64,000 bases of DNA from the human T2T-CHM13v2.0 reference genome, Homo sapiens, in NCBI RefSeq assembly GCF_009914755.1, contig NC_060928.1; one strand, given 5' to 3'. Shown here one piece after another: positions 12,961-27,322 of this stretch. The translations under genes were made by a program, and so were the position numbers. Every line of letters begins with the position of its first letter. Positions within the stretch are counted from its first letter, which is position 1. A model generated the notes under the pieces. That model was not told the origin of the DNA. It made no database searches and saw only the letters and a program-made list of their open reading frames with translations.

Positions 12961-15900
12961 GCACTATTTAATTCCTAAAATGTGTTATAAGGAAGGTGCT
13001 GTTGTTATAGTGAGAGAGGAGATCTAAGGGCAGAGATGGATTAGGTAACATCCCCAGCTGGTCTAGCTAGTGAGTGGCAGAGTTGGGACTGAACCAGGCA
13101 ACCTGCTCCAGGACTTCGGCTCTTCACCTGTCCCTCGGTGGGCTCTCAACCCAGGTGGGGAGGTTCTGTGGGTGCTCTCCCCTTCACAGGAAAGATAGCT
13201 CTTGCTCACGCAATAGAGAGTTCTCAAAGTGCTTCAGCGCAGGACCTCCTGAGGACGTCTGTATACCTCAGGCATGCCCATCTCACTGCTTCCAAAAGGA
13301 GCTGAACAAAGTAGGGACTGAATGGACGAGTGCTTGGTGGGGGGTAGATCTTGGAGTCTGCCCAAAGGAAGAAATAGGAGCCATATTTTATTTCTCTCCT
13401 TATGCCTTATATAATATGTATGCACTTACAATGTACACCATGGTGACTTTTGTATAGACATTTTCCACATAAACCTTTTTTTTTTTTTGGCAAAATGTAA
13501 TGTGTACTAAAGGAACGATGAATTTTCCAAAGTAAGCCAGTCTTTCAGAATTTCATAGCTGTGAAGGGGATAAAGCAGACTTACCCATGCAAGCCAGCCT
13601 TTCTCTTGGCTGCCCTTTCCTACCCTGGACTTTCTCTCCTCTGGCTCCTGATCTCTGAACTTAGAATCTAGCCTGGGCTAATCCTCAGTGGTGTCACACT
13701 AGAGAAACGCCCAGGCTCAGACTTTGACATTTATCCTGAACTGAATTAAGTTCTAGCTGATTGCATGGTCAAAGATTGTTGCTGTGATGGGAAGACTGTG
13801 ACTCACATGGTCAGGGGTTGGAATTAGAGCATTCCCATGTCACCAAGGTGTTCACGTGGCCTGCAGTTTAATAACTAAAACTGTAACCGACATTGTCTTG
13901 ATTGGGCTTATCTGAATGTTCTGAATAAAAAATGCCAAGTAGCATGCTTCAGGAGGGCATGGAAAAGGCCCACATAGAAAGTTGCCCTCACTGGGCCATT
14001 GTTTGGTAAAATGACGTTCATTTCATTGAGCTCCCCAGAGCGTGTAATTTTGGTTGTATGAAAGTGGCTTTCTGAAATGTCCCTAAGCAGACATGTTCTA
14101 TTTCTTTTCCATGAAACATGCACTAAATACCTATAATAGGTACACAGGGGGATCATGGTGGAAATAAAGCCTGAAAGATAGATATTCGACTTAATCATTT
14201 GTTAAAAGATAATTTTGAGTGGGAAACATTTATTATATAGAATCACTGACTAACCTGGTATATTTTTATTCTCCCACTCTTACCGTGTAAAGTTGATATT
14301 TAAAGGTGTCAAATATATGGCTAGTGTGCCTTATTTGACATGGAAAATATGAACTTATCTGAAGTAAAAATCACCTTCCCTTTGGGCTAAGAAAGGGCTT
14401 GGAGAGGAGAAATCTACTAAGCCTCCACCAATTATGATACAGACCCAGGGAGCTACACAGTCACAGAAACTCCTGGGCAATGTCTCATTATTATGAGATT
14501 TTCAGATACAGCATTTTTTTTTAATCCATAAAGGAACAAATTGAAAGGATGGGGCAGGTGGTAACATTTAGTTTAAACTTTTTTGAGGAAAATTAAGTTT
14601 CAAATTAGAAACTTGACCAAGATATTGTACTGATGGATATGGCCCTGGAGTCTACAGTCAGGCTTCCCAGTCTATATATAGTCTTTGAACAGGAATATCC
14701 TAGAAGTCTATTGCCTTCAACACATGGCGTTTTTGGATCATAGAAAATGGTGCAGCTGTGTTTGGCCCAGTAGGGGTAGTGACACAAGCTGAACTGAAAG
14801 ATAAGGTGGTGGTTACGGAGCATGGAGGCAGGCGGCCTTAATGCCACGGAGGCTGAGAGGACACTAAAGGGTCAGAAACAGAGGAACAACATGAGAGATC
14901 TGTTTCAGGATCATCTGTACTGAATCAGAGATTCAATGTTTACTTCCATGCATTTCCTTTCTAACTTGCTTGTAGGTGACTTCCTATTTCCTGGAAGGAC
15001 AGGTGGCCACACTGCCGAGCAGAGGGCAGTTTGGATTGTGACACCAGAAATGCAAAGAGAAAACAGACAAGTTAGCGTTTTCGTTTTTCTTCCAAAATAG
15101 GTTTCCGAAGCTTATCCCCTCCATCAATACTTTTGAAAGGTAAAACAACTTCCTTTGCAAAAGCTGCATTTTACTGGAAGCAGATGAGATTCTTAGAATT
15201 GACAGCAGAGGCAAGGAATAAAGTTTATTCCAAGACCTGAATGGAAAAAGAGGAAGAACTCATAGTTAAGAGCCCCATCAGCTGAGGAGGGACCGTGAGA
15301 GGGGAGACCCAGATGGACTGTAGTTTTGGGACAGGGGAGGACCAGAGAGGGTTCCTGATAGCGGAACAGGGTGGTTGTTGGGGCGTGGATGGGGAAACTG
15401 GGGGGCAGTTGGCGGCGTGCAGATGAATAGAGCTGTTGTTCAGAGTCAGCTGCAGCTGGTCTCCAGTGCCAGGAAGTCAAGATGGAGCCCTCAGAACATC
15501 AGCCTAGGTGGAACAGGCACTGCGACAGGCTCACTTGGGGAAGCCTCGTTTTCTCCTATGCTTATGGCTATCTGGAAGGCCATCCACGGGTATGGCAGTG
15601 ATCTGGATCTACCAGTCCGTGGATCACCAGAGCAAACATCTGCCACCTGCACCTCAGTCTGGACTCTTTCTTCCAGGAGGTTAACATACTCACAGGCCTG
15701 TTGAAATCCTAGAGGGATCAGTGGTGATGTGGAGGGAACACCCTCACCCAGCCCACGCCTCAGCACTGGAACTATATGTGGGTCAGGTCAGTGGTGGAAA
15801 CTCAGCCCTGGCCTCCACAGCCACCTCTCTGCTGGCTCCGGGAGTGAAGAGTAGAAAGACTGGGAGTGGGGAGAGGGATGGGTGTCTGCATAAGGGTGAA

Positions 15901-16808
15901 CGAGGCTGACACCAATGCAGTGGGAACATTGGTGAGGCCACCTTCTTGAAAAACACTTCAGGTTTGTAGTTTACCAATTTTGTGAATTTTATCTTGAATA
16001 TTTTAAAACCTAAGTAGTTTCTCCTGCTATCTGTGCAATATGAAATAGCTTTTTCATTGGCATGGGGATTTGAAAAACATAGTCTAAGCAAAACATAATT
16101 AGAAAGATAAACATAGTTCCTTCTTAATCATATGACGTACATGAAAGCCTAAATAGAGCTGTTTGGTACATTTTGCTCTTCAGTATTATCTGCGTCACAG
16201 CTACCTGCTCCCACCCTTCCCTGTGAGATCCATTACAGCAGATAATGACGAGCTGGCTAGATACAGGGAAGAGTAAAATTAAGCCTTGATGTAACCAGTG
16301 AGAGCTACACTAATTCCTGCCCACTCAGCAGTTGATGCTCTGATAGGCCCTTTATGTGGGTGGTTGTTGGGCAGGTTTTAGAAATGCAGTCACAATTAAT
16401 TGCTGTGAACCTAGGCAACTATTCAGCCTAAGAAGACATCAATGATGTCTTCTTCTTCTTCTGTCCCTCTATCTTTCCATCATGGGGATCTGACATTACA
16501 TTAGAATGCTTGGGTGATGGGAGGTTTGGTCTCTGAGCTCATCCAAATGGCTCACTGGTGGCACTAATGGGACCTCTCCTGTTGCATGGAGGATCTGCAA
16601 GTCTTCACTACAGGAAAGCAACTGACCACGTCTGCTCACCTGATAGTAGTTTGGTTACATTTACAATAGCTGCCTTATGTGAGACACCGTTCTCTCCCCA
16701 TTTGTGTAAAGTATGCAGAAAGTTTCCTTGGGTATTTTATTTTTTAGTGCAAGAGTTGGAGAAAGCATGAGTAAAAGTTCTTGCTACACACCTAAGTATT
16801 TCATAATG

Positions 16809-17410
<602 letters not shown>

Positions 17411-17414
17411 CAAT

Positions 17415-17540
17415 CTCTCCCTCCCTCCCTTCCTTCTTTCTCTCTCTCTCTTTCCCTTTCTTTCTCCCTTCCTTCCTTCCTTCCTTCCCTCCCTCCCTCC
17501 CTCTCTCTCTTTCTTTCTTTCCTCTCTCTCTCTTTCTTTT
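17415..17540. repeat. CT-rich polypyrimidine microsatellite
   Basis: (CCCT)n/(CTTC)n/(CT)n; almost pure pyrimidine on + strand. Confidence 0.9.
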
Positions 17541-20123
17541 TAAAAAGTTTTTCAGCACATGTAAGCCCTTTAAACTACACTTTTCTCCAAACTGATTTAT
17601 GTACAAAAGCATGCTATAGTCCATCAACAACAATGACAGGGCTGTGTCACTATCAATAGGCCTACATTTAAAATTATTTTCTAGGATTGGAAATGAATGC
17701 ATGTTGATTCCACCCATGTTTCCTGCCAGACCCTGTTTGCTGCAAAGCTTCCATTAGGAGGTCACTTGGTTGAGAATAGGAGGACAGTTGCTGGAGACTT
17801 GAGAATAGAGAAGAGCTTAATGTACATTCACAAAATATTTTGCCACAATTTTTTGTCCGGTTGATAATAGTTTCATTAAAAGTATGCAAGACATATAGTT
17901 TTTATTCACTTAATAACAAGTATAATGAAACATCTGAAACAACCTGAATGTTCAATAATAAACAACTGCTTAAATAAATTATGATACATCAACTTAGCTG
18001 AATATTATGCAACTATTACAAGGAAATTATGAACTTACACAAAAACATTAAAAATGCTTTAATATTGGAAAAGAATAAAAAATTATATCATGCTGTGATT
18101 AGACAAGAAAACATATGTTCATTGAAAAAGACAAACTAATTTATTTATCAAGGTTGCAGAATAATGGTTAATTTTTTTCTTTAAAGTATTTCCATTGTGT
18201 GTTGTCCCCTGATATCAGGTGCTGAGAAGGATACAATATCACTTCTGTTAGTGTCCCTGCCAAAAACGCATGAACTGAATCTAATCATGAATAAAAACTA
18301 ATCATGAGGAAAGGCCTTCTACAGAATAATTTGTGTGCTTCAAAAATATCAAAGCCTGTAGAAGGCCATGAATAAAAACAAATCATGAGGAAACATCAGA
18401 GGCACCCAGGATAATTCGTGTGCTTCAAAAATATCAAAAATATCAAAGCCATGATTGAAATTTTAGCCTATGTTCACTTATAACAAATCATTCATGTAGA
18501 AAATAATTCAGTAAATAATCAGACATTTTATTTTTATAGTAAAATATCATTTTCCAAATATAAATGTCAGTGAAATAAATAAAAAGCTTTAAATACAAAT
18601 GAATATTTTATTGATTATTTTTATTTTAAAACTTTTACTTTAAACTTTGTTAACAATTTTATTACACTTTTTCATTTCTGTTTGTGATATTTTATGATTG
18701 AAATTTCCTGAATTAAGTTGATCTGTGTTATCTTATATTTGTCAGAAAGTTTAATAATCTTTAATGTCTCTGTTATTATTCCAGGAAAAGATAGAATTGT
18801 AATAGTCTGACAATGACAAGTAATTGCTTAGACTATTTCTTTTTTCTTGGCTTAGGGATACTAAATTTGTAATATATTAAGCTTACCATCACAATAAGAA
18901 ATATTCTTCTTTCTGACTAAAACAACCAGAATTTAATATTTTTGTATTACTTGATGAGAAAAATCCATTTGCAGTTGAGCTAAAAACAAAAGAAAACAAA
19001 CAACAGCAATAAGAAAAACAAAGGAAACACTGTGTTGTTTTTCTGTTCCACGGAGGTGAAAGAGAACAAGACTCATTATACTCTCACTTTTCCTAGATTG
19101 AAAATTTCTCTTAAAATTGGGTTTGGGATCTAATTCCATAATTCTTTTTTTTTTTTTTTGTCTTATAGTAAAGAATATAGCTGCCATTTTTATTTTGCAG
19201 GTGACAACCGAACCTTAAACTATTTCTACCAATGCTACCAGTAAATCTAATGAGTTAGCATTAGCTTTTCATAAAGTCATAACTTTGCTCTGGTGAATAC
19301 ATTTTCAGTTGAACTGTACTCAAGAAAAATTCCATCCCAGCACTTTACTTAAAAGATTGTTTAATGTTTTGTTTTGTTTTTGGATTAGCTGTAATTGCAG
19401 AAAAGAAGTCCTCAGAGCGCAGAGTGAAAGTCTTTACAGCTGCGATTGTCTCCCCAGTGGTAATGACAGGTTTAATTTAAAACTGCATCCTCTTCTCACT
19501 CAGATCATCTTAAGACCAACGACTCAGAATTGCTCTTTAGAGTTAGGAGTTGGCCATGGTATCAAGTGCCGATAACGTGGTCTCCACAGGAATTCAGATT
19601 CTGATTTGGGCCTCGCTGTGTTCTAATCAAGGAACCTAATGAACTACACTCATGGTAAGTTCATCTAGTCGGAAGCCTTGGACTGTTCCCAGACTCAGAG
19701 TCAAATGTTTTAAGTGGTAATCAAGTTTCCCTTGTTATTGCTCATATTTAATCATCAGAAAATTCTGTGTATTTATGTCGATATTTAAAGAAGAATCTTT
19801 GATTCCATGTGCATGCTAAATGCGAATTGGCTGTATAGAGTTATGCCGTTTGACCTTCTTCAACACACGGTGCGGAGTGCAACACTTCCCTGCAGTGCTT
19901 CTCTTCTGTGACTTTTTTTTTAACACTTAAATTTGCATTTTTGTTCAAGGTGATGTGAAGAAGTTCAATGCTACTAGCACATACAATTGATTCAGTACTT
20001 TAAGAGATAAAAATTATTTTGATCAGTCTATTCAACAACAATTTATTAAGAAGCTATTTTGTGCCAAGCACTGTGCCAGATACTAAAAAATAGTGAACGT
20101 GGAAATGGAAAAAAGAAGAAGAT

Positions 20124-20576
20124 TGAAACTGATCTAATAGTCCTACCAACAGTTGCTTTTTAGATGAACATAGAAATTAACCCTCCTGGTCTTAAAGTTT
20201 GAAACTTACATGTTTTATCTGAGTTTCTTCCTCAGGAAAGGATCCCCAGGGCTCTCAAAAAAAAAGTGTCAAAGAACTGAAACTCACCAGATCATGACAT
20301 CCAGACAAAGAGATGCCGGACCCCTCATCCACCATGATTACTTCCTTACCCCTCCTGCGTTTCTGTTTTCTCACACATTGCTACATTTTTCTCCCTGCTA
20401 TATAAATCTCCTAATTTTAGCCCATCAGGGAGATGGATTTGAGACTGAGCTCCTGTCTCCTGGGCTGCAGCACCTGGTTAAAGCCTTCTTCCTTGGCAAT
20501 ACTTGTTGTTTCAGTGATTGGCTTTCTGTGCAATGAGCAGCAGGACCTAGACTGAACCCCTGGTGTTTCAGTAACA
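20124..20576 (+). mobile_element. ERV solo LTR (LTR47/LTR26-like; subfamily uncertain)
   Basis: Starts TGAAAC, ends GTAACA, 4-bp TSD agat on both sides, TATATAAA near 20399. Confidence 0.85.
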
Positions 20577-21938
20577 AGATTGCTGAGGAAAAAGAAATGA
20601 TATTATACACAACGTATATGTTTATTGATTGATCTTGTTTATAAGTTGTAGATCTGATAAATCTGAACTATAAAAATAGGGAATCAATAAATAGATTCAT
20701 ACATTTATTGGTTTTATTAGTTGACACTTGACAATAAAGTATGGAATTTTCCTCCTCTTTTTTGGTTCATCAAGGCTATTCTATAAGGTGGGTTGAAACT
20801 CCAAGAAGGTTCAAAATAATCCTTCCCTTACACCCCTACAAGAAACTTCAGTTCATGAACTTAACACCAGTATGTATATTTTTCCAGAGGGTTGGGAATG
20901 ATCTTGATAGAGATCAATAGAAAAGGAAATTGTGGACTTATTGGGAATAGAAATAGGAAGTATAGCAGATTTCAAAATAGAAATTGAAGTTTTTGCATTA
21001 AGGACTTGTAAGAGATTGCTACAAGCAAAACAGACAAAAATCCCAGCTCTTAAAGTTTTCACATTTATGGTTATAGATTACAAACTGTCTTTGCAATGAG
21101 ACAGGGTGTGGTTTTGCAAACTGGCAGCTATGCAACAATATAATGGAAAAATAATGCAAAACTTTTGCAGGGTAAAAAGGTGACTACTATAAAGGATGCA
21201 ATATTTCATGAAATCAATAAAAGTAATATTAAAGAACTGCACATTTCAAAACAAACTCAGTGACAAATGGAAGTTTATCAGTCTAGACCAGCTAATAACT
21301 GAAGAAAAGAGAAAAAAAACAGCACTGATGAATAATAGCTAAGTTAAATAGAATGGCTCCACCACCAAAGAATTCAGAAAGATCATGGAAAATTGTTGAA
21401 ACCTTGACATTCTTTACAAAAATTTACAAATGTTATTTAAAATATCAAACATAAAGTAAGAAATTCTATACCTGTATACTATCAGAAAAAAATATATGCC
21501 CAATTCAACCCCTAACATCTTATTAATTTTTTTCCTTAGGATGAATCACAATTATAACCTTATTATTATTAAAAGTAAAATAAACTTATTTTATAACGTA
21601 CGTTTTATTGAGAAAATCTTAGGAAAGCCTCTCCCATCCCTTACCCCATTATTTACTGTGAACCTCTATTCAGTGGCTTTATCAAGAGCCACTGATCAAG
21701 GACCTTTTTTATCTCTATGCGAACAGCCTTCTTAGCCTTCCAATTTTGAGGTCCATTCAAGTCAAGCAATTCACTTTTGTTTTGGTTCAGCAGTTGGAGA
21801 ATTGCTGTATTTCCGATCATCATATTCATCCCACTGGATTGTAAGGATATCTTTCATGTTTAGTATTCTCTAAGTCAGAGAAATTTTAAAATTTAGATCC
21901 CCAAAATGATAGTCTGCTCCACTGATCACATGTATCTA

Positions 21939-22496
21939 TGTATTAGTTTTCTATTGCTGCATAAAAAAATGAACACAAACTTAGCAACTTAAAACACATA
22001 TTTAGTATCTTACCATTTCCAGGGGTCAGAATCTGGGTGCGGCTGGTCTGGGTCACCTGCTCAGAGTTTCAAGGGGTTTCTCAGGTTTCACCATCATCTG
22101 GAGGATTAACTGGAGAAGAATCTGCTCTCAAGTTCCTTCAGGGACTTGGCAGGATTCATTGTCTTCAGGTAGTATGCCTGAAGACTTTCGGCTTTTCACT
22201 GGAGTCTGCTGGAGGCTGCCCTCAGGCCCTAGACATCACCGGCAGTTCCTACCCACTCAGGCTTCTCCAACACTGGCCTTTACTTTCCCAGGCCCACAAC
22301 AGTGAATGTTAGTCCTGTTGCTAAGCTACAGTCTTCCAGAACATAATCAAAGAAGTGGCTTCCATCACCTTTGTCATCATCTATCGGTTAGAAGCAAGTC
22401 ACAGGTCTTGCCCACACTCAGTGAGAGGGATTACATGAATGTGTGACCACCAGGAGATGGTAACAATTGGGGTCATGAGGGGATATGACTGCTACA
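21939..22496 (-). mobile_element. MLT1D/E-like MaLR solo LTR
   Basis: tgtattagttttctattgctgcat...cacaaacttagcaacttaaaaca...gttagaagcaagtcacaggtcttgcccacactca...gctaca. Confidence 0.8.
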
Positions 22497-22870
22497 ATCT
22501 CCCATCATCAAAAACAAAAACAGGAATCTGTAAGTTGAAGTTCAAGGTTATGAAAAGCAAACTGGCTTTCTGTTTTTATCATTTCTGGATATACAGAACA
22601 ATTATATCAAATTTATTAATATGAACTGCATCATACTTAAGTTTTAAACATTAGTAGTATTCTATTTGAAATTTTTTTCCTGTCCTACTTAAATTTTTGA
22701 GGACATTTTATATGTTTAGGAATGATCTAAAATTGTGGAATGTCACTTTTTTCTAAATCTTCAAATAATTCTAAACCAAATGGAATACAGATGAACATTT
22801 TCTAGAAATCACTGACATTCACTATTTTAATTTCTTAGCCATTGATAATGTTTTTGAAGTTAACATTTAC

Positions 22871-23150
22871 TCTGGTCACAGTGGCTCATGCCTGTAATCC
22901 CAGGGCTTTGGGAGGCTTGGTAGCAGAATTGCTTGAAGCTAGGAGTTTGAGAGCAGCCTGGACAACATAGGATTACCCTGTCTCTACAAAAAAATTTAAA
23001 AAGCTGGGCATGGTGATGCATGCCTGTAGTCTCTGCTACTCAGGAGTCTGAGGCAGGAAAATCACTTGAGCCTAGGAGTTAAAGACTTAAAGGAAACAGT
23101 GAGCTCTGACTGCACTACAGCACTCCAGCCTGGACAACACAGTGAGACCC
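22871..23150 (+). mobile_element. AluJ
   Basis: gtggctcatgcctgtaatcccag...cacttgagcctaggag...gtgagaccc. Confidence 0.88.
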
Positions 23151-23170
23151 CCTCTCCCCGCTCTCTAAGC

Positions 23171-23218
<48 letters not shown>
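23171..23218. repeat. (TA)n(TG)n(TA)n microsatellite
   Basis: Direct reading; sits at the Alu tail position. Confidence 0.95.
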
Positions 23219-24544
23219 TATTAAATAAGTTTATGGACTTTATAAAATTTATGTTAAAGTGACAAGTATATAGTGTGTGCAGTTACAGGCATGAAGAAGC
23301 AGTTAATAAATTATCCTGGAATTAAAACTTGAAGAGCATTCTGAATTACCTATTTATCTTGAATTGTCTTAGATCAAAGCAAGAGCACCAGTGAAGAATC
23401 TATTTGGCTGATATGGACCCTGTTCTTGCTGGTTAATGATGAGCATCACTGTTCAGCTAGAACACTTGTATGATCATTACATGGCTGACTCCCTGTGGAA
23501 ATGGGAAGGGAATAAGGAATACATATTTGGAATGAAGAACAGTTTACAAACACTTGTTTGTTGGTACTAATTTACAGAGAATAGTGCAAGAGTTAGCTTT
23601 ATTTTTTCTTTATTAATATTATGTATGTATAACTTTATATATGTTATATGTGTATCTTACATATACATTTCTAGAGACCTTAGGAATAGAAATCTGAAGA
23701 GCTGAGTTGCAAACCCCTTATTTTCAAGGGTCGAACACTTCAGGTAGTTGGTGAATAATTTATTACAAAGAATCTCTACTTAGAATTGTAACGTGTGTGT
23801 ATATATATTATATGTAATTATACATATGTAATATATACATACAAAAAGACAGAGACAGAGAGAGACAGAGAATTTACGCACCAACCAACACAAATACATA
23901 TGGAATAATAGAACATATGTTAATATCCCTAAAATTCAGTATGTATGAGGCCAGAAGAGAGCGTTCATAAAATATAAAGGATAAACATTATGTATACGAT
24001 GTTTTCTCACTGCAGTGAATTAAAATTAGATACCATTAGCAAAAGAATGGATTATAACAAAATAATGGATTCTACATTGAGATCTTTGTCGTCAACCATT
24101 CTCTCATTACTTCTGTCTCAACGAGTGAAGCTCTAGGTACAGAATGTTCTACAAGTTAGCGTTTCCAAAATTTCAGGAAACACACAATCTGTGTCTTACA
24201 TAAGTTGTTTCAGAACACATAAAAGGACTAAAAACTGCCTAACTCCTTTTATGAGACTACTGTGATATTTTTAAAGTTAAGCATCACGGAAAAAAAAAAG
24301 AAAATGGTAAGTAAATTTTATTTCTAAACAAGTTGCAAATTTCTAAAATACAATTGTACATAGTTGAATCCAACATAGTAGCAAAGAAATGAGTTTAATA
24401 GGATCAAGCCTGATATATCCCTTAAATGTAGAAATTTCCATAGTTTAAAGAAAACTCTACAAAGTAAATCACCATATTAATGAGTTTAGGAGAAAAATTC
24501 CATGATTATTTGAGTAGATATTTAACCACACTATTAAAACATTT

Positions 24545-24780
24545 TCACTGCAGCAGTCATTGGTGTAAGGCTTTACAAATATTAACTCCTTTAATCTTCA
24601 TAATAGCCATATGTGGTAGGTAATATTACCCACATTTTAAAGATGAGAAAACTGAAGCACTGGGAGATTATGTAATTAGGTCAATTAAGGTCATTCAGCT
24701 AATATGCAGAAAAGCTAAGATTTAGTACATGCAATCTAGCTCCAGCGTCCAGGTTTTCAACCAGTCTTTTATGCTGCCTC
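24545..24780 (-). mobile_element. MIRb-like
   Basis: attaactcctttaatcttcataatagcc...cacattttaaagatgagaaaactgaagcactgggagatt. Confidence 0.8.
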
Positions 24781-24974
24781 TTTTGCAATATATGGAGAAG
24801 AATCATTTGATAAAGTTAAACTTTTATTTATTATAGGCATGGTAGAACACTTGGACCAGAAAAAAAACCTTTAACATCATAAAAGCTATGTTTACTAAAA
24901 GTATTCATGTTTTAGAGGCATTCCCTTTAATCTCAGGAATAAGAAAAGAATACCCCCTTTCATTTTCCTGTCCA

Positions 24975-25760
24975 ATATTTGTTCATTCAGCAAATATTTG
25001 CTGGTCGTCTACTGTTGGAGGCCGAAAGAATGAGGGTCTTGATCAACTCAGTATACCACCGGAGGCTATATGAGCAAACAGGGAACTGTTCTCATGAAAG
25101 CAGGATGTTGGCAAACTGACAAACTGCACTGGCCACCCAGAAGGAATGCTAAGGGCAGTCAGACCCAGGCACAAGTGTTTCTTGTGAATAGGCACATCTG
25201 AAGCCTGTTAGCAATAATATGAACCATGATCAATCAAGCAGCTGATCAATCGTTAGCTCCTTCTTGCTCTTTCTACCCAAAAAATATGAAGGGCAGGAGA
25301 AGCAGCGGTGGCTGCCTTTGCTCACTAGAAGCAGGGAGCCCTCCTCTTCTTCCCCTGGCCTCTTCTTTAAAACAGTTTCTTTTGTCTTAAGTTTTCATTT
25401 CTGCGTTCGTCCTCCTTTGTTCAGTTCTGTGATGATGGTCTCAAGTAGTAACAGTAGTAACTGTCATAGTGACAGGCTCAAGTAGTAACCGTGGCAGTCT
25501 GCCACAATCTACTATGTGCCAGACACTCTCTTAGGTACTGGGAATGCAGCTGTGAAGAAAATAGACCAAAAAATTCTACCCTCATAGAGCTTACATTCTA
25601 GTAGAAGAAATAGGTAATTAGTAAAATAATTATATAAGTTATATTGGTAGGTAATATGTGCTATGAAGAAAAAATAAAACAAAAATAGGAATAGTGGGTA
25701 CTGGGAAAAGTTACAATTTTAAATAAATTGGTCAGAAAGTAATCCTTGAATGAATACTTG
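24975..25760 (-). mobile_element. L2 3' end split by an LTR
   Basis: ttcattcagcaaatatttgctggtcgtctac | tatgtgccagacactctcttaggtactggg...ccctcatagagcttacattctag. Confidence 0.75.
25013..25506 (+). mobile_element. ERV solo LTR (LTR15-like)
   Basis: tgttggaggccgaaagaatgagggtc...ggcagtctgccaca; flanks gtctac/atctac form the TSD. Confidence 0.8.
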
Positions 25761-26805
25761 AAAGGGGTAACGTGATACTGAAGGTTCTAGCCAATGCAGA
25801 TAGGAGTGAAGAGATAAAACATCATTGTTAGAAGATGCTCTGATCATTTAATAGAAAATTCAAGAAGATCTACCCAAAAAATTATTCATGGCATTACAAA
25901 TTCCTCAGGTTTCCAAGAAATAAATCAACATAAAAATCCATTCCATCATTTACATTAAAAACAGTAAATTAAATATAATAGTATACTAATACCATTTAAT
26001 TAAATACCTTAGATTTAGCTTAACAGATAAAATGCATTTTTATGCATTTTAGCTTTTGCTTCATAAATATGTTTTTAAAACTCAATTTAAAAACTTTAAA
26101 GAAAACCAAAACAAGTGGAAAGAAACATCATTATATGTCAGTTCCCTCCAACTCAATTCAATATTTCTGATAAAAACTCTAGCTAGATTTTACTGGAAAA
26201 ATTGAAAAACTGAATCTAAAAAAATACAGTGAGGAACAATTGTCAACACTTAGCTAAGATGACTTTGAAAAAGAAGCCCCAATCTATTGTATTAAGACAT
26301 ATTACAAAAGTATATTAATTAAAAGGGCATGGTAATAGCATAGAAACAGATGAATAGACAAATCAGAAATAAAAACATGTTCACTATACCCTTTTATATA
26401 TAAAGATTTGAAATATGGTCGACCTGGCATCAAGAAATCAGTGGTACAAGAGACTGAGATAGGAGGATAACTTGAGCACAGATGTTAGAGACCAGCCTGG
26501 GCAATATAGTGAGAACTCACTTAAAAAAAATCAATGGTAAAGAATATATTTATTAAATACTGTTAAAAAATTGGCTCATTATGTGGAAAAAAAGACTTTG
26601 ATTCCTACCTCACATCATATTAAAAAAATAAACTCCAGATAGTCTATAGATCTAAATGTTAAAAGCAAATATATAACACTATGAGAGAAAATATAGGAAC
26701 AGATCCTTGTGATGCAGTGTGTGGGAAATGGTACATATTTATGAAATACTCCTAACAAATATTTTATTACATCAAAATTATGAATTTGTTTTAAATAAGA
26801 GAAAC

Positions 26806-27322
26806 TGCCAGGAACAGTGAGGAGTCTGAGATTTTATTCTACTTGCACACTGACAAGTTAAAGTACCATAGTTTTATGGATGCTATGAGAAGATACGAGA
26901 CTCTTGGGTCAGAGACAAAGAATTCTATTACTCATGGCCCAGCAGGCAGCATGAGCTTCATGTTCAGCTGGTTTCTCATAGCCCCCAAGGTCCACTGGAG
27001 CAATGAAGATGGTCCTAGATAGATGCTCCACTAACAGTGGGTTGACATAACAGCAAGAAAACCTCAAGTTCAGGAAACCCCAATATTTTTAAAAAGGCTT
27101 CAAATAAACTTGCCCAACTTTTGTCACAGAAGGAGATATTATCTTTATTAGACTGGACATTAAATATGCCCTCTAATCCAGATGAAGGCAGTGTCTCTGT
27201 CATCCAAGGCTGTTTACTATACACACATCCTTGAAAAGATGGTACAGCACAAAAACTGTCAATGTCTTTGCTTGCAAAAAGTGCAGAAATATGACAGACC
27301 CCTGGTGAATTGTCTGCTAAGA
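26806..27322 (-). mobile_element. LTR40-like ERVL solo LTR
   Basis: Minus strand agacaattcaccaggggtctgtcatatttctgcac...tcttttcaaggatgtgtgtatagtaaacagccttgga resembles the LTR40 5' end. Confidence 0.7.

Noticed and set aside
19180-19575. Possible coding exon(s) after polypyrimidine-AG acceptors
   Set aside because: No frame gives a recognisable protein and there is no strong donor; may still be conserved non-coding
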